Shown in pieces: positions 20,098-30,271 of a DNA stretch of 37,107 bases. Every line of letters begins with the position of its first letter. The stretch's first letter is position 1. Origin of the DNA: Pristiophorus japonicus. Its lineage: Eukaryota. Both the position numbers and the translations under genes were made by a program. Under the pieces are notes generated by a model. The model was given only the letters and a program-made list of their open reading frames with translations. It searched no databases and was not told where the DNA came from. The DNA lies in the NCBI RefSeq assembly GCF_044704955.1, contig NC_091980.1:306962001-306999107 (forward strand), read 5' to 3'.

Positions 20098-20837
20098 AAA
20101 CAAAACTTTAACACTAAGTCTCATCATTAATTTTTGAAAAACGGAGAGATATAAATACTTCGATTCCCTCCACTGACAGTGAGCTGGGGCTCAGAAGGAG
20201 CTTGTGGTTGATTTGAGATTGGAGTATTGCTGCCAGTTGCGTGCTTGATGGGCGATACCAAGAGACGGTGCTAATGTCCCTGGTGCCACCTCCGGAGAGA
20301 TCAGCAACAGGGCAGTGAATTGTCGAACTCACCGACGGTGGGATTGGCAACGATGGGAACAGGCGCAGTTCTAAGTAAATCTAAGTATTTATCTCTCCGT
20401 TTTTCAAAAATTAATGATGAGACTTAGTGTTAAAGTTTTTTTTTAAAAAAGGCTTGCATTTATATAGCGTCTGTCACAACCACCAGTTGTCCCAAAGCAC
20501 TTTACAACCATTGAAGTACTTTTTGAAGTCACTGTTGTAATGTAGGAAACGCAGCAGCCAATTTGCGCACAGCAAGCTCCCGCAAAGTAATCACGACCAG
20601 ATCATCTGTTTTTGTGATGTTGATTGAGGGATAAATATTCGCCAGGTCACCCGGGAGAATTCCCCTGCTCTTCAAAATAGCGCCATAGGATTTTTTACGT
20701 CCACCTGAGAGTTTCCCACATTACAACAGTGACTACATTTCAAAAAAAAATTACATCATTGGCTGTAAAGCGCTTTGGGACGTCCGGCGGTCGTGAAAAG
20801 CGATTTATAAATAAAGTCTTTTTTTTTTAACCCCAGT
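19704..20837. repeat. Long inverted repeat: arms 19704-20165 and 20378-20837, 212 bp spacer
   Basis: Arms are reverse complements, including ~65 bp of non-SINE DNA (aactttaacactaagtctcatcattaatttttgaaaaacggagagat) and the same rearranged SINE junction. Confidence 0.95.
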
Positions 20838-20997
20838 TAACAGCGAGGTTCAAAAAGTGTACGATCCCCACCCCTACAACACATCAACCCAGGCGACAAA
20901 TAACAGGACAAGGGATTCAACGCCCTATGGGCGATGCGACTGAAGTGGTTTCAGGAGCAAGTTAAAGAAGAATGCCGCTCAACAGTAAAAAGAAACT

Positions 20998-21455
20998 ATA
21001 ACAAAACTTGCATTTATATAGCACCTTTCCTGACCACCGGACGTCACAAAGCGCTTTACAGCCAATGAAATACGTTTGAAGTGTAGTCACTGCTGTAATG
21101 CAGCAAACACGGCAGCCAATTTGCACACAGCAAGCTCCCACACACAGCAATGTGATAAGGACAAGATCATCTGTTATGTTGATTGAGGGATAAATATTGG
21201 CCAGGGCACTGGGAATAACTCCTCTGCTCTTCTTCGAAACAGTGGCCGAGAGACCTTTTACATCCACTGGAGAGCATTCGAGGCCTTGGTTTATCGTCTC
21301 ATCCAAAAGACGGCACCTCTGACAGTGCAGCGCTCCCTAGGCACTGCACTGGGAGTGTCAGCCCAGATCTACGTGCTCAAGTTCCTGGAGTGGGACTTGA
21401 ACCCACAACCTTCTGAGTCAGAGGCGAGAGTGACCCACTGAGCCACAGCTGACAC
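20998..21455 (-). mobile_element. Full-length DeuSINE
   Basis: Tail cttgcatttatatagcacc to head cccactgagccacagctgaca. Confidence 0.92.
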
Positions 21456-21684
21456 CAAGTACATTTTCTCCCCTCCTTTCCCCTCACACCAACTTTGGTA
21501 GGATTGCTTTGCACCGTGACCCACACAGAGGTGCAAATCTGGATGCTACAAGCCCAGTCTTGTTTCCCGATCGTTTGAACCCTCGAGCAAAGTGACTTCC
21601 ACCTAGGTTCAAGCGCCATGATGCATTAAGGTGGCAGGCAGCCCATAAGATAGTCACAGGTTTGTAATGAAATCATTCTGGGGA

Positions 21685-21868
21685 CACGAGCGACACTGAC
21701 CAAGGCTGGCATTGACTGCCCATCCCTGGTTGCCCTGGATACAAAGGAGTGGCTTGCTTCAGGCCACTTCAGAGCACAGTTAAACGTCAACCACGTTGGT
21801 GTGGGGCTGGAGTCACGTGTAGGCCCAGACCGGGTAAGGGTGGCAGGTTTCTTTCCCTAAAGGACATA
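21685..21868 (-). mobile_element. Second shark SINE family, 3' half
   Basis: Reverse complement of atgtcctttagggaaggaaatctgcc (22171) and of the ..agggcaattagggatgggca tail. Confidence 0.7.
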
Positions 21869-21971
21869 AAAAAAAAACAACTGCTTGTATTTATTTCATG
21901 CCTTCAACGTGGTAAAACGTCCCAAAACGATTAGCGACTTTTACCGTGGGACCTTTATCTCGGGAACAGTA

Positions 21972-22232
21972 TCATAGTGATTATGTTACCGGACTAGTAA
22001 TCCAGAGCCTTCGACTAAGGATCCAGAGACACGAGTTCGAATCCCACCATGGCAGGGGAACTTAAATTCAGTTATTAATTGAATATAAATTTGGGATTTT
22101 AAAAAGCTAGGTATCAGTAACGGTGACCATGAAACTACCGGATTGTCAGAAAAACCCATCTCGTTCACTAATGTCCTTTAGGGAAGGAAATCTGCCGCCC
22201 TTACCCAGTCTGGACTATATCTGACTCCAGTT
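21972..22232 (+). mobile_element. Second shark tRNA-SINE family, 5' half (3' half at about 23578-23775)
   Basis: ggactagtaatccagag..B box gagttcgaatccc..gaccatgaaactaccggattgtc..tttagggaaggaaatctgcc. Confidence 0.75.
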
Positions 22233-22324
22233 CCTAGAGCAAAGGAAATAGGTACACCGATTACCTCGCTAGAAGATGGTTCCATCTAAATTCCAAGTTT
22301 ACTGACGAAATCCCATTAAGGTTC

Positions 22325-22945
22325 CAGCACAGGCTTGGTGGGCCGAATGGCCTCCTTCTGTGCTGTACAGGGTATTGGTGAGGCCACACCTGGAGTCCCG
22401 CGTAAAGTTTTGGTCTTCGTTTTTAAGGAAGGATATACTTGCATTGGAGGCTGTTCAGAGAAGGTTCACTAGATTGATTCCAAAGATGAGGGGGTTGACT
22501 TATGGCGATAGGTTAAGCCTATACACATTGGAGTTCAGAAGAATGAGGGGCGATCGTATCGAAACATGTAAGATAATGAGGGGGCTCCACGAGGTGGATG
22601 CAGAGAGGATATTTCCACTCCGAGGGGAATCTAAAACTAGGACGCATAGTCTTAGAATAAGAGGCTGCCCATTTAAATTGGAGATGAGGGTTGTAAATCT
22701 ATGGAATTCTCTTCACCCAGAGGGCAGTGGGGGTCTGGAACTCACTGCCTGAAAGGGTGGTAGAGGCAGAAACCCTCACTACATTTAAAAGAAACTTGGA
22801 AGTGCACTTAAAGTGCCTTAACCTACAGGGCTACGGATCAAGAGCTGGAAAGTGGGATTAGGCTGGATAGCTCTTGATTGGCCGGCAGGGACATGATGGG
22901 CCGAAATGGCCTCCTTCCGTGCTGTAAATTTCTATGATTCTATGA
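22325..22945 (+). mobile_element. CR1 LINE 3' end preceded by a short CR1 tail
   Basis: [39 protein letters not shown]; tail ttctatgattctatga. Confidence 0.92.
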
Positions 22946-23104
22946 CTTTAGGTGCGATACTCTTGTGCCTGTAGCATAATAATGGCAGTAATCAGAGAAA
23001 AAAAAAACCCTTGCATTTATAAATATCCTCAATGGATAGATTTTTGTTAGGCAAGTGTATTGAGCGATATTTTCATGTGACACACCTAATGAATTGTTAT
23101 TGAA

Positions 23105-23573
23105 GTGGTTCCGGAGATGAGGGGCTTGTCTTATGACAAAAAGTTGAGCAGGTTGGACATATAATCACTGGAGTTTAGAAGAATGAGAGGTGATCTTATT
23201 GAAACATAAGATTCTGAGGGGGCTCGACAGGGTAGATGCAGAGAGGATGTTACCCCTTGTGGGGGAATCTAGAACTAGGGGCATAGTTTAATAAGGGATC
23301 GCCCATTTAAAACAGAAATGAGGAGGAATTTCTTCTCTGAGGGTCGGGAATCTTCGGAATTCTCTGCCCCAGAGAGCTGTGGAGGCTGGGTCGTTGAATG
23401 TATTTAAGGCGGAGAGAGATAGATTTTTGAGTGATAAGGGGATAAAGGGTTATGGGGAGCGGGCAGGGAAGTGGAGCTGAGTCCATGATTAGATCAGCTT
23501 TGATCTTATTGAATGGCGGAGCAGGCTCGAGGGGCCAAATAGCCTACTCCTGCTCCTATTTCTTATGTTCTTA
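23105..23573 (+). mobile_element. CR1 LINE 3' end
   Basis: gagtttagaagaatgagaggtgatcttattgaaac..ctcctatttcttatgttctt. Confidence 0.92.
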
Positions 23574-23577
23574 AAAT

Positions 23578-23775
23578 TGGTTGACTGAAATGGCCCAGCA
23601 AGCCACTCAGTTGTACCAAACCACTATACAAAGTCAGCACTGTGGGGAAACCTTCAACACACAGACTGCAGCAGTTCAAGGTGACTCACCATCACCTTCT
23701 CAAGGGCAATTAGGTATGGGTAATAAATGCCGGCCTTGCCAGCGACGCCAAAATTGTTGTGAACGAATAAATAAA
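23578..23775 (+). mobile_element. SINE/LINE 3' tail shared with the LINE at 24645
   Basis: ctgaaatggcccagcaagccactcagttgta..aagggcaattaggtatgggtaataaatgccggccttgccagcgacgcc. Confidence 0.75.
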
Positions 23776-24314
23776 GCTGCTATATAAATGCAAGTTATTG
23801 TTGTGAGCCAATTTACGACAATCTGACAGCTTCACGTTTATTGCCACCAGCTTTTTATTCCCAGATTTTAAACAAAAATCTGAATCCAGATTCTCAAACT
23901 CTCTGAAGTCCTTTGGCAATTTAACCACTACACTACTGTACCTTGTGATATCCAACCTGATCTGAGCTGTCTGGCCCCTCCCCCCCCCCCCCAGCCCCCG
24001 CCAACATGGCAGGTTACTAGTGAACGACACAAGCATTTTCTGTGTAAGCAAAAAACTAACCACAATCAGAATTTTAAGGGTCAAATACACAGAAAGGCCG
24101 AGGCAATCAATGGACCAATCAATACCACAGCCGCAGTAAGAACTGTTCAACTTTAAAGCTGAACATGTAATGATTTTGTGTCACTTTAACCTAATACACT
24201 CGAGAATGCCGCAGTGTGTCGTACAAAAGGTGGAGTGATGCCAAAAGCTTCAAAGTGAAGAATCCTCGCTGACTCACAGAACAGATTACAATGCAACATT
24301 GGAGTACATCAGTG

Positions 24315-24645
24315 CAAAAGCAAAATACTGCGGGTGCTGGAAATCGGAAATAAAAGCAGAAAATGCTGGCAACAAACCCATCTTTAGTTTCTTTACCTGT
24401 CCCATTACTATCCCCTTTTGCCTCGCACTATCAACCCTTTTGTCATTTACTCGCTCCTGCGATCCATCCGCTCACAGACCTTCACACTTGTTTTTTCCTC
24501 CCCTTCCCCTGTACTCGCTTAAAACCAGTTACATCGCCAACGTTTGCCACTTCTGATGAAGGGTCACGAGCTGAAACGTTAACTCTGTTTCTCTCTCCAC
24601 GGTTGCTGCCCGAGCCGGAGAGTTCCCAGCATTTTCTGTTTTTAC
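24315..24645 (+). mobile_element. Penelope-like element 3' fragment with inverted terminus and hammerhead motif
   Basis: cagaaaatgctgg (about 24357) is the reverse complement of ccagcattttctg (about 24626); ctgatga..gaaacgttaact at 24553-24584. Confidence 0.75.
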
Positions 24646-25032
24646 ATCACCTGGTGTACGCGCTGCAGTGTGCACCATCTCTACAAGATGCACTGCAGCA
24701 ACTCGCCAAGGCTTCTTCGGCAGCACCTCCCAAACCCGCGACCTCGACCACCTAGAAGGACAAGGGCAGCAGGCGCATGGAAACACCACCACCTCCACGT
24801 TCCCCTCCAAGTCACATGCCATCCTGGCTTAGAAATGTATCGCCGTTCCTTCATTGTCCCTGAATCAAAATTGTGGAACTCCCTCCCTAACAGCACTGTG
24901 GGAGCACCTTCACCTCACGGACTGCAGCGGTTCAAGGCGGCGGCTCACCACCACCGTCTCAAGGGCGATTAGGGATGGGCAATAAATGCTGGGCTTGCCA
25001 GCGACGCCCACATGCCGTGCATGAATAAAAAA
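24645..25032 (+). mobile_element. CR1-group LINE 3' end (distinct family)
   Basis: YKMHCSNSPRLLRQHLP..YRRSFIVPESKLWNSLPNSTVG..LQRFKAAAHHH; tail gaataaaaaa. Confidence 0.85.
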
Positions 25033-25033
25033 G

Positions 25034-25176
25034 CAATGTTCCCTGTAACTGTTTTTGGGGTGCGCGGCCCATTCAAATCTTGGCGTATGTGCGGTTATTC
25101 TAACTGAAAGGCCGGCAAACAGTCTGCCCTGCACCGCCAGGGTGTTACATGATCGCGCAGCTTAACAGGAACATTG
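25034..25176. mobile_element. hAT-like MITE, copy 2
   Basis: caatgttccctgtaa / ttaacaggaacattg; internal ggcccattca shared with the 11185 copy; no TSD seen. Confidence 0.6.
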
Positions 25177-25255
25177 CTGGTGCACAGCGTCTCATTGGGT
25201 AGCACTCGCTCCTCCTAGTCAGAACGGTGAAGGCACACAGGCAGACGCGCGCGCA

Positions 25256-25399
25256 NNNNNNNNNNNNNNNNNNNNNNNNNNNNNNNNNNNNNNNNNNNNN
25301 NNNNNNNNNNNNNNNNNNNNNNNNNNNNNNNNNNNNNNNNNNNNNNNNNNNNNNNNNNNNNNNNNNNNNNNNNNNNNNNNNNNNNNNNNNNNNNNNNNN
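25256..25399. other. Assembly gap (144 N), followed by a cacacagtcagt microsatellite
   Basis: N run. Confidence 1.
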
Positions 25400-25489
25400 C
25401 AGGCACACAGTCAGGCACACACAGTCAGTCACACACAGTCAGTCACACAGTCAGTCACACACACGAATATAAACAGTCCAAGGACAAAA

Positions 25490-25915
25490 TGGAGCCACAG
25501 CTGCCCCTTTCAAACTATGGGGTCAAATATTGACCTCTCCAGGTCACAGAAGGGGAGTGTCAGCTTTATTTCACGCTTGCTCATTTCTGTAACCAGAGGG
25601 CTATTAACTTGCTGGGAAACTGGCTGCCAGAGTTAATATTTATACAAGTCATTTCCTGTTGATTGATCCTGCAGCAGAACACATTTTTTTGATACCAAGG
25701 TGATGCCCCCTGCTTGTCATGCTACATTCAAAACTTACTGGTAGCTTCAAAGACTTGCCCATCAGATAAAGCAAAGCAAAATGTTTAAAAGTGTTTGAAT
25801 GATCTAACTGCTAATCATCTTCCAGCTTGTGCAACAGATTCTCAGTTGCTGTACAAGGGGCGGGAGCAGTAAATATTTATGGCACTTGTTATATTGCACT
25901 TCGAGAACCCATGCC
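25490..25915. promoter_or_regulatory. Candidate liver/endoderm-type enhancer
   Basis: Three nuclear receptor half-sites 25520-25546, HNF1-like 25632, GATA 25764, C/EBP 25827, FOX palindrome TAAATATTTA 25870. Confidence 0.4.
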
Positions 25916-25988
25916 TGCCTTAACAGCAGGTAGTGCCAAGTTATACTGCTGCATTCTGCTCAACAGAAGCTGAGCTCCGTGCACAACT

Positions 25989-26710
25989 GTCCCACTCCAG
26001 GCCGACACTCCAGTGCAGTGCTGAGGGAGGTGCTGCACTGCCGGAGGTGCCATCTTTCTTGACCTCTCCTCCATCTAATCTGAACACCCTGACCTCCACC
26101 CCACAAAATGGACCTTTGACCTTCCCAATGCCTCGGATCACCGACCATCTCACCGAAAGGTGCTACTGAGCTTACGGCCCACATCTCACCATAGGCAACT
26201 AGGCCCATACAGCAGTGCCTGGTCTCCAGTCGTCTTGGGCCCCCTTGCCACTGGACCAAGACCTTGCTCAGCTAAGCCCGTGTGGTAGCCGATGTACAAC
26301 GGCCACCCCACGTTAAATGAACTCATGCACAGGCATCTTCCACCCTTCAATAAAGTCTTGCCCGATTTCGAGGGACTTCCTATGATGATGCTGCTTTTGG
26401 ATGCGTTAAACTGAGGCCCCGTCTGCTCTCTCAGGTGGATGTAAAAAATACCCCATGGCCGATATTCCGAAGCAAAGCAGGGGAGTTCTCCCTGGTGTCC
26501 TGGGCCAATATTTATCCCCCAAGCAACATCACTAAGATGGATTATCTTGTCATTATCACATTGCTTATTGTGGAACTTTGCTGTGCGAAAACTGGCTGCC
26601 GCGTTTCCCTACACCACAAGTGACTACACTCCAAAAGTACTTCATTGGCTGCGAAGGGTTTGGAGATGTCCCCAGATTGTGAAAAGTGCTATTATAAATG
26701 CAAGTATTTC
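25989..26710 (+). mobile_element. DeuSINE split by intervening DNA and a bipartite RTE (pieces 25989-26060 and 26392-26710)
   Basis: ggaggtgccatctttc | ttttggatgcgttaaactgaggccccgtctg continuity. Confidence 0.85.
26170..26390 (+). mobile_element. Short bipartite RTE derivative (5' UTR fused directly to 3' tail)
   Basis: ggtctccagtcgtc..cacaggcatcttccacccttcaa | aagtcttgcccgatttcgagggacttcctatgatgatg. Confidence 0.75.
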
Positions 26711-27175
26711 TCGCTTGGAGTCTCTGCATAGAGCTGCGCTCACCGGGATCCAGACAGGTGGCCATTCCAGACACAAAAAGCAATCCAGATGTTTCTAGCT
26801 GGTCCGACAACTAGAGTTCTTTGAGGTTAGCCGCACCCTAGTTGAAGTTCCAGTGAAGCTGGGTGAAGCTCCCTGATGGGGGGAGCATACGCTCATTGTG
26901 ATCCCGTGCTAGGATGCTATGTTGGGTTAATATGTACCACACGGTTTGCACCAAAGCGAAACCGAGAACTGCATGGAATCAGAGCAAGAACTGTGCTACA
27001 ATTGGGCCATTAAACTGAAGTTCCATTCGCAAGACAACTGTCAGAGTGAATACAACTAGCGCCCCGCGCCCACCCCCAATCCCCACCCTGCTCTCGGGCA
27101 AACCCCCCCCCATGCCTCCAGGTCACAGGAGGTCCGGTTTCCAATTTCTGAACTAGTCTCCAACAGGCCTACAAT

Positions 27176-27648
27176 GGAACAACCACCTGCATTTATATAG
27201 CACCTTTAACGTGGCAAAACGTCGCAAGGCCCTTCACAACAGCGTTGATCAATCAGAAGGAGATATCAGGAGTTTTAAGGGGCGCCTTAAAGGAGGAAAG
27301 GGAGGTAGAGACACGGAGAGGTTTAGGGAGGGAGTTCCTGAGCTTGGGGTCCAGGCAGCTGAAGGCACGGCCACCAATGGTGGAGTGATTAAATTCAGCG
27401 AAAAGCAAGAGAGCAGAATTGGAGGAGCGCAGACATCTCGGAGGGTCGTGGGGCTGGGGGAGATGAGAGAGATAGGGAGGGGCGAGGCCATGGAGGGATT
27501 TGAAAACAAGGACGAGAATTTTAAAATCAAAGCATTGCTGGATCAGGAACCAATGTAGGTCAGCGAGCATAGGGGTGATGGGTGAACAGGAATTGGTGCG
27601 AATTAAGACAGGGGCAGCTGAGTTTTGGATGAGCTCAAGTTTATGTAG
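27176..27648 (-). mobile_element. L2 LINE 3' end
   Basis: KLELIQNSAAPVL..ITPMLADLHWF..FKILVLVFKSLHGLAPPYLS..GGRAFS. Confidence 0.93.
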
Positions 27649-27904
27649 TTTATGAGCAGAGGCAACACACGGATGATGACTCTGCTGGTTTAAAAGCAGG
27701 GTAGGGGGGCCAAGAGACACAGACACCAAATCTGCCCATCACAACATAGGCCGGCTAAGTCTGTTTATCAGCATCACTGTGGGGCTGGTCTGGTGGAAAA
27801 GTGCCAACCCTCAGTTTTAAAAAATTCAGACCTTCTATGACAAGTTTCGTCAGACATGATCTATTCATCCACATCTTCGTTACCTGCATCACTCCCCCTT
27901 CAAG

Positions 27905-28467
27905 GAATACTTCACCATTGCTGGGTCAAAATCCTAGAACTCCCTACTTAATAGCAGTATGGGAGCACCTTCACATAGAAACAGGAGGAAGCCATTCAGC
28001 CCCTTGAGCATGCTCCGTCATTCGATTACATCATGACTGATCTATATCTCAACCCCATTTACCCTCCCTAGCTCCATTTCCCTCGATAGCCAATGAAACA
28101 CTTTCGATCTCAGTCTTGATAGCTCCCATTGGCCCCCAACATCTGCAGCTGCTGGGGGGGCAGTGTCCCAGGTTTCCACCAACCTTTGTGTGGAAAAATT
28201 GCTTCCAGTTTTCCCTCCTGAATGGCTAAAGCTGTAATTTGAAGATTACTACATGGAACGTTACAGCACAGATACGGGTCATTCGGTCCAGCTGGTCCGT
28301 GCCGGTGTTTATGCTCCACACAAGCCTCCACTCACCCTTTCAGTATACCCTTCCATTCCTTTCTCCCTCGCGTACGTTTCCAGGCTCTTGTTAAATGCCT
28401 CGACGCTCTTTGTTACAACCACTCCCCGTGGTAGTAGGTTCCACATTCTCACCACTCTCTGGGCAAA
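27905..28467 (-). mobile_element. Cluster of degenerate CR1-group tails (mostly minus; short plus piece 27905-27973)
   Basis: catagaaacaggagg..gccattcagcccctt; FAQRVVRMWNLLP. Confidence 0.75.
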
Positions 28468-28794
28468 GATTAATGGCCCTGTTTGCACCATTGGGCAAGG
28501 CAACTCCTCCAATCCAGTTCCAGGAATAGTGTTAGCCACACTCACAGTTTAAACAAAATCCACTCTGGATCCCTGTCGGACTCTTTTACTTTTCTCTTTC
28601 TGTTGCTTTTTCAGATAATCTTTTGATAGTGCATAGCAATTCGCATCCCGTGCTTTAACATCTTCAGGCTATGAACCTCATCTCTACCTCTTCTTCCCCA
28701 CTAAAATATTTTGCATGTTCATATGCTTTCTCTCACTCCTCGTCTTTGGTCGGTCCTGAGGCAAGACTATGTCCTCTCGTTCTACCAGAGGAAA

Positions 28795-29062
28795 TGGTTT
28801 CTCACGATCTACCCTATCGAATCCTTTGCACATGATCAAACACCTGGATCAGATCGCCCCATCAATCTCCTAAACACACGGGAACACAAGCCAAGTTTAT
28901 GCAACCTGTCCTCATAATTAATTATAGCCTCTAAACTCTGAACGGATTGCATCGGTTCAGAAAGGCAACTCGCCACCATCTTTTCAAGGGAAACCGACAA
29001 CGGAGAACAAATTGTGGCCTCGTCAGCGACGCCCACATCCCAGCAATTAATACATTTTTTTT
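28795..29062. mobile_element. Old CR1 fragment (minus) and LINE tail (plus)
   Basis: YEDRLHKLGLCS..RRLMG; ggcctcgtcagcgacgcccacatccc. Confidence 0.6.
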
Positions 29063-29464
29063 TAAATCAGCTCGATCTTATCCCAGTGTCCAATCGGTGT
29101 TATGGGCAGGAATGCCGAGCTGATTCCAGACTTCACAGGCCAACCAACGGAAGATGGGTTAGATACGGAGTAAAACTCCCTCCACTCTGTCTCACATCAA
29201 AAACTTCCAGGGAAGGTGCAGCACGAGTTAGATGCAAAGAACAGCTCCTTCGACAGTGTTTCATTAAACATGCCCATAAAATGTCAACAGACCAGACATC
29301 TGGAAGGTTTTGTGCGTAAAGGAAACCAGAGTAGACACGCCATTCACGGGCCGAGGAAAGAAATCTGTTCTCAGCTGGACCTCAGGGACTCACTAATCCA
29401 GAGTAGAGCGGGGTGCTGAATTACGGTCAACAAAAAAAAAAAGTTCTTTTTAAAAAGCCATAAA

Positions 29465-29830
29465 AATCACAATAGAACAGCACAGGAGGCCGCCATTTGG
29501 CCCATCGAGTCCCTGCTGGCTCTTTTGAAGAGCGATCCAGTTAGTCCCACTCCCACACTTTTTCCCCACATCCTTGCAAATTTTTCTCACATATATATTG
29601 ATCCAAATCCCTTTTGAAGGCGACTATTGAGTCTGCCTCCACTGCATCAGACCTTGCTTTCCAAATCCTAACCACTCGCTGTGTAAAAAAGCTTTGTCTC
29701 ATGCTGCCTCAGGTTCTTTTGCCAATCACCTTAAATCTGTGTCCTCTGGTTACCCACCCTTCAGCCATTGGAAACTGTTCCTCCTTATTTACTCTTTCTA
29801 AACCCTTCATGATGTTAAACTCCTCTATCA
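29465..29830 (-). mobile_element. CR1 LINE 3' end
   Basis: Reverse complement of the 9300-9620 family. Confidence 0.88.
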
Positions 29831-29974
29831 TGGTTGTGTTTTGCCAATGAACCAATTTTGCGAAGACCCTCTATTGATTAAATGGTCCCCCACCTACCCT
29901 GAAAGATCTGATCCATGCTGGGATGAGGTTCAAAGGTCATGGCAGCTGTCCCAAGTCATCATTTGAAAATAAGA

Positions 29975-30128
29975 TGTCAGCCTTGATTCAGTGGGCAGCA
30001 TTCTCGCCTCAGAGTCAGACATTTCTGTGTTCAAGTCCCACTCCAGGGATTAACCACATCATCTAGGCTGACACTTCAGTGCAGTTCCGAGGGAGTGCTG
30101 CACTGTCAGAGGCACTGCCATTTTCCGA
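29975..30128 (+). mobile_element. DeuSINE head
   Basis: tgtcagccttgattcagtgggcagcattctcgcctcagagtcaga..ttcaagtcccactcc. Confidence 0.85.
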
Positions 30129-30271
30129 GGGTAACCGGGGATGTTACAATCAACTTCGGAGAGAGCCTTCACAGAGCCGGCACAGGCACAACGAGCCGAA
30201 TGACCACCTCCTGTGCAGCACGATTCCAAGAAGAGGAACATACGTCAACAATGACTCCTGCTCGAGATCCC

